NCBI GenBank assembly: GCA_963781065.1
Contig: CAWAET010000017.1
Coordinates: 90,805 to 154,804 of the forward strand
DNA: 64,000 bases
From: Thermoanaerobaculia bacterium
Lineage (GTDB): Bacteria > Acidobacteriota > Thermoanaerobaculia > Multivoradales > JAHEKO01
Reading direction: 5' to 3'
The position numbers were made by a program, and so were the translations under genes. A model generated the notes under the pieces. It searched no databases and was not told the origin of the DNA. It saw only the letters and a list, made by a program, of their open reading frames with translations. The first letter of the stretch is position 1. Each line of letters begins with the position of its first letter. Shown in pieces: positions 43,401 to 52,440 of the stretch.

Positions 43401-44466
43401 GACGCCTCACGAGCTTCTCTCGTTGGTCGAGGACTTGCTGACTCTCCTGCTCGATCTCGCCGAAGATGTCACTCTCGCCATCATGTACATTTGCGAGCTG
43501 CTCGTCGCTGGAATCAAGGACCTGCTCAATCAGGAGATCCACATCCCGTTCATCTCGGATCTCTATAAACTGATCACCGGCGGCGATTCGCTAACGATTC
43601 TCGACGTGCTTTGCCTCCTGGTGGCGATCCCGGTGCACCTCGTAGGTGCCGTGATCGGCTTGCCGAAGTTCGACAAGGGAGAGTTCAAGAGCGCTGCCGG
43701 GAGCAACGCTCTGTTCGGTAACAGCCAGGATGCGGACTTGGCGGCTCGCCAGAGCTTCGGAGCAAGTCAAACAGAGAGCGTCTCGGCCGCCACCAAGTGG
43801 TGGGACGTCAGCCACCTGATCTTCGTGTTCTTCAACGGCCTTCTATCGGGAGCACAGGACATCCTGCAGGGGAACATCAACGCCGAAGACCCGGAGGAAA
43901 CCGGCAATCAGGCCAAGGAGGAGGTGAACGTGGGAACCGGCATGTTCCTGCTCGGCCTGGCCTCTCACATCACCGCCATCTTGGCGCAAGTCAGCTTCTG
44001 GATCGTCTGCGGCCAGATCGGCAGAGGCAGTAGAATCCGGGTCGTCCGGGTTCTCGAGTTCACGCCCTCCGTCCTCCACGCGGGGGCCATGGTCTTCGGC
44101 GTGCGAAGCCAACTCGCGGGCGCCGCTCAGACCTACGGCAAGGTCTCCGTAAAGGGCCTGGGCAAGGTGCCGAAAGAGCCGCTAATGAGCCTGGTCGGTC
44201 TGGCGGCGGTCCTGGCGTCGATGGTTACCACCCTGGGGCACTGGGACCAAGAGGACGGCCAGGACCGAGCGGAGGGTTTGATCACCCTGGTTTCGGGCCT
44301 CAATCTGGCCTTCACTTTTCTCATCTGGGGGCCGGTAGCGCTGGCCTCGGAGGTTGACGGCGTTCCGACCTCTCCCCTCGCCAAAGGTGCGATGGATTTC
44401 GCCGTCTCCAGCGTCACCGCGCCCGTGGTTCACCTGATGGCAGGCTACGGCAAGGAAGTCCTGTAG
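37493..44466 (+). CDS. Giant (about 2320 aa) multidomain protein: beta-propeller, LamG/ConA-like, second beta-propeller, second LamG, bacterial Ig-like domains, and a C-terminal helical domain with 5 hydrophobic helices; reading frame broken at least 4 times
   Basis: Three overlapping ORFs (37235-39817, 39156-41099, 40948-44466) plus a short third-frame piece (38920-39192) splice into one continuous sensible protein. The frame changes are at T5 (38876-38880), C4 (about 39026-39030), C5 (39166-39170) and near 40920-40935. LamG hallmarks: FSVEAWVR, EIFVDG, FTGLIADVRLWS, GRWHHVAAAF, LFVDGAKL, GMLDEVRVWN. The C-terminus 43590-44355 has five 20-30-aa hydrophobic segments. Confidence 0.6.
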
Positions 44467-44502
44467 CGCCATGAGCCTTGGCCTGAGGCCAGGCTTCTCG
44501 GC

Positions 44503-45189
44503 TCATCGGTTGCGGAGTGCGCAGAGGAAGCCATAGGCCCGGCGCGGGTCGAGGATGTAGTCGAAGGGCACGCGCGCGTGGCCGCTGTCACCCCAGGCCG
44601 CGCCCATTGAGTTGCGGGCCACCAAGGCCGCCGAGCGTTCGTCGTAGCCCACGGCGGTCATCGCGTGGCTGCGAACCGGAAAAACATCGACGGGAAGAGG
44701 CAGCAGCCCACTCCCGCGGATCCCTCCGGCCTCGAAGACGTGGACGTTGGAGCCTGTGAGGCGCAGGCAAAACAGGAAGGGGCGCTCGTCTTCGAGGCTC
44801 GCACGTAGGATCTCCTCCCGCTGCTTCAAGGGCTCGAGGCCGAGGGCTTCGTCAGGGCCGGTCAGCGCGTAGGCGCGCGCCGGTGGTTGTTGCCGAAAGC
44901 GATCGGGCTCGTAGGGCCACAGCCGCTCGGCGCATAGACCATATCGCTCTAACGCCCGTACCGCCTCGGACGGGCGGATCGGCATATTGTGATTCTGGTT
45001 GCCGCCCAGCTTGCGGGCGTTGTAGTAGAGGAAGAGCGCCGAGGGGTCGAAGGCCTCACCCGCGCCGTCACCAAGCGATCGGGCCCCCTCCCACCAGACC
45101 AGATCGGTGACGGCCAGCGCCAGACAGGACTCGAGCCCCTTCTGGTCGCGGATGCAACGAAAACGGGAACGCAGGTCGACGGCCGACAC
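44503..45189 (-). CDS. Papain-like cysteine peptidase (C1 family), minimal mature domain, no pro-region and no signal peptide
   Basis: IRDQKGLESCLALAVTDLV (Gln/Cys of Q..C box), SHAMTAVGYD (His), ARNSMGAAWGDSG (Asn). Convergent with the giant gene, 37 bp apart. Confidence 0.65.
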   Translation of the reverse strand: MSAVDLRSRFRCIRDQKGLESCLALAVTDLVWWEGARSLGDGAGEAFDPSALFLYYNARKLGGNQNHNMPIRPSEAVRALERYGLCAERLWPYEPDRFRQQPPARAYALTGPDEALGLEPLKQREEILRASLEDERPFLFCLRLTGSNVHVFEAGGIRGSGLLPLPVDVFPVRSHAMTAVGYDERSAALVARNSMGAAWGDSGHARVPFDYILDPRRAYGFLCALRNR

Positions 45190-45191
45190 GC

Positions 45192-45758
45192 TCAGCCTCC
45201 GACGCCCGGCCGGGTTGCCGGCCCCTTTCCGGGCCCCGAATACCTCCAGCGGTTTTTCATCAGGAGCAGCAGCACGATCCGCTCCCGCGGACCAGGATTG
45301 ACCACCTCGTGGGGCAGCGTATAGTCGAAAACCTGCACCTCTCCTGCGACATAGTCTCGCCGTGCTCCGTCGACGATGATTTGAGCGCCGGGGTCGGCCT
45401 GGAGGCAGAGCGACGCCGTGACGTGGGGCTGATGGTGCACATGGCGGCGAATCCGCGCCCCCGGCGCGAGGGCCGAGAAGGAACAGGCCAGAATGCCGGA
45501 AGCTCGTTCCATCGTGGCGGCCGTCGCCGGAGCGAGCGTTCTGTTCCTCAGCAGCAGAGCCTGTGGCACCACCCCCCGGTCCTCTTCCTCGACCCGTAGG
45601 GGCAGCGCCCTCCAGGTACCGGCAGCGGCGCGGTCGTCATTGACCGTCAGCATACGGTCGCTCAGGGCCAGCGCTTCGTCTCGCATGGCCGCCCAGCGCT
45701 CGATGAACGGAGCCAGCTGGGGATATGCCTCAGGAGACTGGTACACCGCGTAAGCCAC
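45192..45758 (-). CDS. Aspartyl/asparaginyl beta-hydroxylase-like 2OG/Fe(II) oxygenase (cupin), soluble
   Basis: ...ILACSFSALAPGARIRRHVHHQP...VQVFDYTLPHEVVNPGPRERIVLLL resembles the AspH/LpxO catalytic domain. GTG start is uncertain. 2-nt gap to the C1 peptidase gene. Confidence 0.6.
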   Translation of the reverse strand: MAYAVYQSPEAYPQLAPFIERWAAMRDEALALSDRMLTVNDDRAAAGTWRALPLRVEEEDRGVVPQALLLRNRTLAPATAATMERASGILACSFSALAPGARIRRHVHHQPHVTASLCLQADPGAQIIVDGARRDYVAGEVQVFDYTLPHEVVNPGPRERIVLLLLMKNRWRYSGPGKGPATRPGVGG

Positions 45759-45812
45759 TCTACTACAGTGACTTAAACGAGTCTGGCTAGCTGGAAAAAG
45801 GAGGGAAAGAGT

Positions 45813-45865
45813 TGGTGTCCCCAGCGGGATTCGAACCCGTGTTACCAGCTTGAAAGGCTGGGTGC
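45813..45865 (-). tRNA. Partial tRNA-Glu(UUC): 3' 50 nt only (anticodon arm, variable loop, T-arm, acceptor 3' strand + CCA); att-site-like remnant
   Basis: The minus strand reads CCCAGCCTTTCAAGCTGGTAACACGGGTTCGAATCCCGCTGGGGACACCA. This is collinear with positions 27-76 of E. coli tRNA-Glu (anticodon loop CUUUCAA, T-loop TTCGAAT). No D-arm or 5' acceptor strand (GTCCCCA) is present upstream. Confidence 0.65.
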
Positions 45866-45984
45866 AGAATCCAGCAAGTCTCCCTATTTGAGTGACTTAC
45901 GAGCAGCAACTGAATGGGTGGTGACCTTCTTGGTCACCTACGCTAGCGACTTCGGCGATGGGCAGCAGCGCGTAGCTTTGCCGA

Positions 45985-48646
45985 CTAGCGGGTCCCGGCT
46001 CTGCGCTTGTGGATTCCCTTTACCCAGCGTTCTAGCTCAGCAACATCTGCGGTGAGCTCCTCCGGCTCGGGCACAGGTACATTCTCCGCTGCTGCTTGGT
46101 CGTGGCCGGGAAGCCACCGGGAGGCCTTGGACATTGCGGCCTCCAGCGTCCTGCAGTCCTTCTCGTTGATATCTGAGAGCAGGCCGACTCGGAGCGTTTG
46201 AATGGAAGGGCGGTAGCGTTGGACGACGCCAGCCAATAGGACTTCCTCGAGCGCACGCTCCCACGCCTCGCGGAGTAAGCCGTAGATGTAGATGGCTTCC
46301 TTCTCGTAGACGTCTCGAGAACTCTTCCGGAAGAGCTTCTCTACCGCCTGGCATTTCTGCTTGAGCACGCCAATTCGGTCCTTGACGCGCATGGCGACCC
46401 ACGGGAGTTCCGGTGACGCAACGCCAGCCCCAAGCGCGTCGCTCCTCACGTACTGGTACACGCACTCGCAACCAGCCTCCTCCGCTCCGCCAGCTAAGGC
46501 CAGCACGAAGACGATGTCGTGGGTGAACACTACGACTTGGCGGTGCTGCGCCTCCTGGGCTAGGCGACGTGCCACATTCTCGCGCCACACATGGTCAAGC
46601 GACGATACCGGATCGTCGAAGAGAATGGCCGACTCATCGGAGGCGGTAGCCAGCTCCGCGAAGAACGAGGCAATCGCAAGAGCACGAGCCTCCCCTTCAC
46701 TCACTACGCGATACAGCGTGGCACCGGGAGCACGCTTCAGGACCAGCCGATGGTAGAGGGCACCACGTTGACCCCCAGCAGCTTCGAGCACTACTTCGAG
46801 ATGGGTGAAGCCGATGCGTTCGAGCTCCGTCCGGAAGGCACCTGCCAGCTGGTCCGTGACAGCCCGCTTTGTAACATCCGTACTCTTGCGCGTAATGTCC
46901 CGCGTGTTCGTCTCGCGAAGACAGAGGCTGTACGCGGCTAGCTGCTTCTTTCGTTCGATCTCGGCAATGACCGCGTCCGCCCCCTTCCCGAGACTCTCCC
47001 TGGCGGAGAGCTCGCGAATCTCGCCATGGAGCTGTTCGGCGGCCGCCTGCGGTTTCTGGCCGGCCAGTTCGGAGCTACGGGCCTGCAGCGCAGCACTTTC
47101 TTCGTGGATTAGCGCTGCAAGCCCGGCCTGCAATGGCGGCAGACCAGCCGGCATCTCCGAGCCCTTGTCGAGAGTCACAACAACCTCTTGCTGGCGTTTC
47201 TCGCTGCGGCAATGAGCCCCGCGGCCTTGCTAGCCAGGGCGGTGTTCTCTAGGCGGAGTTCGGCCAGCTGGTTCTCTGTGGCTTCGTGGCGGTCGGACAA
47301 GTGCTTGAGCTCGAGGACTGAGCGCTGCCACGACACCCTCTCCTGGTCCACACTCTGTTGCAGCGTTGACCCTACGTAGTCCTCGAAGTTGCTCGAGCCG
47401 CCTCACGGCGGCGGGAGCCAGGGCCTGCTGGCAGAGCACACAGTGGGCCCCTTCGTGGATATGTGGAAACGGTTTGCCACGGTACGCACTCCCGGTCGAG
47501 AAGGCCCGTGCCGCCTCCCAGAGCTTTCGCCACAGGGGGCCACCAGACCCTGGAAGCAGGTCAGCCGGAAGAACCTGGTGGCGGTGTTCAGTCGCTGCCG
47601 ACTCTGCTTCTGAGAATGCCGTCCTCCGGTCGAACAGCGAATCCAGTCCCTCGTCACCCACGACGGAGACCACTGAGTCCACGTGCCTTGCGAGTGCCTC
47701 GACACGCTCTCCTCTCAGCCGCAGGGTCGCTGCACAGTCTCTTCGGGTCCTGTGCTCTTAGGTCGTCGAGCCGTTTGCGTAACTCCGCGAGCGCACGCTG
47801 TTCTTCCTCTGCGAGCGTGCCAAGGGAACGTACCCGTTCTGGCTGCGTGAGTGAACTCAGCGAGGCAAGTAGCTTCGCCGCCTCAGTACCCTCCGGAAGC
47901 TCAGGAAGGGCGTTCCGCTGAGCCTCAAGGACTCGCTGTTCCCGTTCGAGGATCCGCTTGACCGCCTGGCAAGCGTTGGAGAGTCCGTCAAAGAGGTCCA
48001 AGCCGAACGGCCGGAACGCTACGTCGGTCTTCTCCCGCAAGTACACGCTGGCGCAGTGGGTGTCGAAGACACTCACGTGGCCGAGCGCATTGTCAGGCTC
48101 ATCCTGGTCGGCCCACGCGAACTCCTTCTCTTCGTCTCCCGATCTGAACGAGATCGTCGCCGCCGGCCGGGCCGGCGCTTGGCTCTGGAATACATTGCCG
48201 AGAATGCTCTCAGCTCCTCGCGCGCGGCAGGCCCGCTTCAGTATGCGGGTATACCCGGACTTTCCGGCAGCGTTCGGTCCGTAGACAATCGTAAGGTCGG
48301 GGCCGAATTCGATCTGTTGCCCTGCCGCGAGTGCGTTTACGCCGGCGAGGTGGGTTAGCGAAGATAGGCTCGTTGGCGAAGATCCCGGTGTCCTTTGTGG
48401 GAGGTGACGCTTCTCTAGAGGATGGGCCACGGCGACTTCTGGGTCGGCGAGGCCATGCTCCGCTTTGCAGAGACCGGCCAACTCCTCGGCATCTTCTTGG
48501 CCGGGCTCTCCCTGGGTGACTAGACGCCGGAGGGCATCTCGTTGCCAGGCTGGAAGAGACGCTGACCAAGACAGGATCTCAGCGAGTACGTCCACGGTAG
48601 ACGGCCTCGTCTCTCCGGGTCGCGTTGGTTCCTTTGGCTTCCGCAT
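45985..48646 (-). pseudogene. Rad50/SbcC-like ABC ATPase with CxxC zinc hook (RloC/PrrC-like candidate anticodon nuclease or related defence ATPase); disrupted by a frameshift (about 47655-47682) and an in-frame TAG (47230-47232)
   Basis: N-terminal piece: Walker A IVYGPNAAGKSGYTRIL. Middle piece: coiled-coil with HCVLCQQ. C-terminal piece: signature-like VSEGEARALAIA, Walker B AILFDDPVSSLD, H-loop VVVFTHD, then a roughly 190-aa C-terminal domain containing WLPGHD. Confidence 0.55.
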
Positions 48647-48727
48647 TCGCTCCGAGAATACCTTCTCTCCAAGCTGTAGCCAGCAGATTCCAGCGAGGAG
48701 GAGAGCCGATTCCTCGGCCTCACTCGC

Positions 48728-50437
48728 CTACTCTTCCGACTCCGCGGTAGCCGCCTCCAGGGCTTCGAAGTACGGCAGGAAATCCGCCCAGATGCGACCT
48801 GCCAGCCCGGCGTCGACGACCTTGACGTTAGGCACGGGGGATTCCTGGCGCCAGACCTTGATGATCAGTGCTGCGCCGGGCCTGAAAGCCTCCGGGGGAT
48901 ACTCGTAGGCGCCGAAGAAACCGATGTCGTCCATGCTCTGCAGGCCCGCCTCCATGCTGACGACCTGAGCGATGCGGCCCGGGTGGATCGGTTGCACGAG
49001 GGTCTGGCCTCGATAGAGCTCCATCCTCTCGAAGTCGGTCTTGAACCTGTAGCGGGTGGGGACGCTCGGCCCGGCGAGTGCCACCGCCCAGGCGGATCCG
49101 GTCGTCATGCGTATTTCAGGAACGGCCTGCACCACGACCACTGGGCGGTAGTCTCCGGCATAGCGGCGCCATTCGTAGAAGTCGCCCGGATCCGAGACTT
49201 TCCTTGCGTTCGCCTTCCTCCTGGTCCTCTTGTTGCGGGTCCTTGCCGCGGCCTTCTCGACCTCGATCTCCAGTGCCGCGATAACCACCGGCGTCATGAA
49301 CTCCACATCGATCTTGCCCGCCTCCAGGTGGTAGAGATTCGGTGTCAGGTTCTTCCTCTGGGCGAGCACGCGCAGCTCTTCCGCGGGAAAGGTGAACGTC
49401 GACTCAATCGGCAGCCTTTCCAGCGGCGGCGGCGAACTCTCGCCCAGGCCGGCACGGGCCTCCTCGAGCACCGCGGCAGCGAGGTGGATCCTGACAATTC
49501 CCGACACGCCCGGGCCGACCCTGCCCGACCCTATGCCGAATGTGTTGACGCCGATCACCCGCCCGCGCGAATCGAAAAGGGGGCCACCGGAGTTCCCAGG
49601 GTTTATGTTCACGTCGCTGTAGATGGCTCCCTGCTCCACCTTGCTTACCAGGCCGCTGGTGAGAATCGTTTCCGTCACCAACGGGCTGCCGATGGCAACG
49701 ACGCGCTCTCCGACTCCGAAGGACGGCCGCTCTGGAGTCTCGCCAGCGAGCTCGAGGGCGCGCGCGTTCTTCACGGCGACCGGATTGACCTGCAGCACCG
49801 CCAGATCATTGAGATCATCCTGCGCCACGAGCTTCGCCGAGTACTTGTTCTGCTTGTCGACCTTGACCGCCAAGTACTCCGAGTCGGCCACCACATGGTG
49901 GTTCGTCAGCACCAGACCCGCTTCGGCATCGACCAGGAAGCCACTGCCGTGCCCGCCCTCGGCGGAGATCTTGAAGACACTGTCCTTGAAGCGGCGGAAG
50001 ATGTCGCCCTCGTCGAGGGCCACGCTCCGCTCGACTGACGTTTCCAGCTCGACGACCTCCGCGTTGTCGTTGGACAGCTCCACCACCGTGCCACCTTCGG
50101 CCGGTACTTCGAAGGCGAGCTCCCAGCGATAGCGCGCCCCCTCGAACTCCACCGGCGCCCGACTCGAAATGACGTACCGGCCGACAGGCAGATCAGCCTC
50201 CGCCTCGCCGGTGAAGCCGGTTGTGATCTCCGTGGGGCCACCGTCGCCGTCTTGCGGCCGGATCTCGAAAGTCTGCTTGGGCACGGGCCGCAGCGTTAGG
50301 TCCGAGGCCACAAGAATGACCCGTAGAGTGAGCCTCCCTGACGCCGGCGGTGGGTCCTCACCTAGCATCGGTGAGGCACCGGCCAACGAGAGGATCGCCA
50401 GAATCATGAGAACACACGAGGACTGTTTCAACACCAT
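48728..50437 (-). CDS. Secreted trypsin-like serine protease (S1C/HtrA-like catalytic domain) with N- and C-terminal extension domains
   Basis: Signal peptide MVLKQSSCVLMILAILSLAGA. Catalytic triad context GHGSGFLV...TNHHVV (His), DLAVLQV (Asp), GNSGGPLFD (Ser). The start is Met95 of the ORF. Confidence 0.75.
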   Translation of the reverse strand: MVLKQSSCVLMILAILSLAGASPMLGEDPPPASGRLTLRVILVASDLTLRPVPKQTFEIRPQDGDGGPTEITTGFTGEAEADLPVGRYVISSRAPVEFEGARYRWELAFEVPAEGGTVVELSNDNAEVVELETSVERSVALDEGDIFRRFKDSVFKISAEGGHGSGFLVDAEAGLVLTNHHVVADSEYLAVKVDKQNKYSAKLVAQDDLNDLAVLQVNPVAVKNARALELAGETPERPSFGVGERVVAIGSPLVTETILTSGLVSKVEQGAIYSDVNINPGNSGGPLFDSRGRVIGVNTFGIGSGRVGPGVSGIVRIHLAAAVLEEARAGLGESSPPPLERLPIESTFTFPAEELRVLAQRKNLTPNLYHLEAGKIDVEFMTPVVIAALEIEVEKAAARTRNKRTRRKANARKVSDPGDFYEWRRYAGDYRPVVVVQAVPEIRMTTGSAWAVALAGPSVPTRYRFKTDFERMELYRGQTLVQPIHPGRIAQVVSMEAGLQSMDDIGFFGAYEYPPEAFRPGAALIIKVWRQESPVPNVKVVDAGLAGRIWADFLPYFEALEAATAESEE

Positions 50438-50821
50438 TACGCGCCTCCCTCTGTACTCGAGTCTGCCAGGCTCGAGCGCGAGAGGATGCCTCCTGCCCAC
50501 AGAATCGCCCTCATGCCTTCGAGTTGGCGCCGGCGGAATCAACCGCAATCCCCCTGCCCCTCCTGGTTGGTTTCGACAGACTATGACGTAGGCGAAAGCA
50601 GTGTCGCCACCCTCACGGGTGGCCACACGCCAATATAGGGTCTCCCTACTTTTCGCCGGAGCAGCGCCGAGCACCAAAGCCACAGGCTCTCCCAGCACAT
50701 CTGTGGCGGTCGACACCACTAGAAGCCGCCCTCACACCCGATTCCTCACGACCTTCCGCCCGAAGATCCTGAGGACTCTCGGGCGCATATGAAACCTACT
50801 AATCTGGGCACCTATCTGGCG

Positions 50822-52282
50822 TCAGGGGCACTCAAGATTCGCATCCTTCGAGCGCAGGTTGAACTCTTCGTTCTGGATTCGCCAGACGTTCCGTTCCCCT
50901 ACGAAGGTCAAGACCTTGTTGCCGGTGTCGCTGAACCGGTCCGACCTGTACGCCTGGAGGAACCTGACCCGGTAGCGGCCATCCCCGGCCCGCTCGACGA
51001 TCGGCTCGGAGACTTCCACTTGCACTATGCATCTAGGCTCACCAAACCTCTCGCGCCGACGCCTCTCCCATGTAGCCCGGTCGGCGGGGCCCGCTGGCCG
51101 GAACCCGGCGGCATAGAACGATAGGTACGCCTCGATGTCCTGCTGCGACCAAGCGGCGGCCCAGTCGCGGACGCGGCCGAGAAGCTCGGTCTCGACTGCC
51201 TTCTGCGCCGGCGGCAGCGGTTCCGGCGGTCTGGGCGGCTCGGTGACTCTGTGCGCTCCCGGGCCTCGCTTCCGTTCCGCGGAAGGCGCATCCACCCGAG
51301 CGGCGCCACCCAGCGGACGCACCCAGAGTAGCGAGGTGAAGCCCTTCCCGGTCGAGTCTCGTGTATCTAGGTAGTCGAGGTACTTGCCCTTCCATGGATC
51401 GTTGATGATCCAGATTCTCTTGCCGTCGGTCGCGATGCCCTCGGGGGAGAACCTCTCGGGCTTGGGCCGCGCGTCGAGATTCAGATCGACAACCTCTCGT
51501 GCCTGGCCTTTGTCTTGACCGAGGTCCCAGAAGATCACTCGCTCCTGATTGCGCATCAAGATCAGGAGCAGGCCGCCCCTCGCCAAAGCCAGTCCGTTGA
51601 AGTTGGAATCCTCCGTGACAGCGCCTGAGAGCGAGGTCCAGTCAAGAACCAGAGAGTCCTCATCGAGTCTCGGCGCGCCGACCGCTGTCTTGAAGAGGAG
51701 CGGTCTTTCCTCGTCGTCGCGCTCGAAGGCCAGGTACAGGCTGACTCCGTCGTCACCCACCGCGCAGCCCTCGATGCGGCTGTTGTCAGGGGACCCCTCT
51801 GATTTCGACCCCGGGTAGTGCTCGATGCCCTCTATCTTGACGGCATCCTCAACGACCGCCGAATAGCCGCCCGTCTCGTTGTGCGTGACCTTGATCGTCA
51901 CGACCTGCGGTGTCTCCTCATCCTCGGTCACGGCGATGAACTTCCGCAGCTTCGCGCCACCGTCCGGCAGCTCTGCGAGGCACTCGAAGTCGGGATTGCG
52001 GATGTCCGAACGCGCTATGGGCACGGGCGGGTGCGTCAGTTGCGCGTCACCAACTCCAATGCGCAGCATGCGGCCGGTACCTTCCGCACATTCGGTGCAA
52101 TTCTGGTCGGTGATGGCCCAGAGGGCCTGGCCGCCGGTGTCACCGTCGTCGACCCAGGTGAGCCCGGAGATCTGGTAGTCCCCGAGATCCTCCCCGTTGG
52201 TGCCCTTGACCCACTGTCCGTCCTGCGGGCTCGCCGTCAGCAGAAGCGCCAACGGAACCAGTGCCAGGAACCTGCCGATCAC
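50822..52282 (-). CDS. Secreted hypothetical protein with C-terminal NTF2-like (DUF4440/SnoaL-like) domain
   Basis: Signal peptide MIGRFLALVPLALLLTASP. The C-terminal 120 aa (DWAAAWSQQDIEAYLSFYAAGF...VRFLQAY...) is NTF2-fold-like. Confidence 0.5.
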   Translation of the reverse strand: MIGRFLALVPLALLLTASPQDGQWVKGTNGEDLGDYQISGLTWVDDGDTGGQALWAITDQNCTECAEGTGRMLRIGVGDAQLTHPPVPIARSDIRNPDFECLAELPDGGAKLRKFIAVTEDEETPQVVTIKVTHNETGGYSAVVEDAVKIEGIEHYPGSKSEGSPDNSRIEGCAVGDDGVSLYLAFERDDEERPLLFKTAVGAPRLDEDSLVLDWTSLSGAVTEDSNFNGLALARGGLLLILMRNQERVIFWDLGQDKGQAREVVDLNLDARPKPERFSPEGIATDGKRIWIINDPWKGKYLDYLDTRDSTGKGFTSLLWVRPLGGAARVDAPSAERKRGPGAHRVTEPPRPPEPLPPAQKAVETELLGRVRDWAAAWSQQDIEAYLSFYAAGFRPAGPADRATWERRRRERFGEPRCIVQVEVSEPIVERAGDGRYRVRFLQAYRSDRFSDTGNKVLTFVGERNVWRIQNEEFNLRSKDANLECP

Positions 52283-52440
52283 GGGTGCCTCCCTTCTCGG
52301 CCCGCTGGCCAGCCTCGCGAGCCGCTCAACAGTGGCTGTCGCCAGCCTAGCCCTGACCTTAGCGCCAGATCGCCACCCGGACGGGTGGCTGTTCCGCGTG
52401 GACAGATGTCATGCGTTTCGGGCAGGGATGGCGCGGCAGC

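Noticed and set aside
45796-45852. Strong SD-like AAAAAGGAGGG followed by TTG/GTG and a 12-codon + strand mini-ORF
   Set aside because: It lies antisense within the tRNA-Glu remnant and gives no extended ORF. The purine-rich run is more likely the AspH gene upstream region or coincidental.
45813-45900. Possibility of a complete tRNA or tmRNA here
   Set aside because: No D-arm or 5' acceptor strand (expected GTCCCCA) is present within 90 nt upstream. No tmRNA-like 5' pairing partner (TGGGGAC on the + strand) was found within 400 nt, and that region is coding. The call is therefore a 3' fragment only.
45917-45935. Perfect hairpin GGTGACC-TTCTT-GGTCACC
   Set aside because: It is not followed by a U-run on either strand, so not a convincing intrinsic terminator. 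Possibly a protein-binding palindrome, but with no supporting context.
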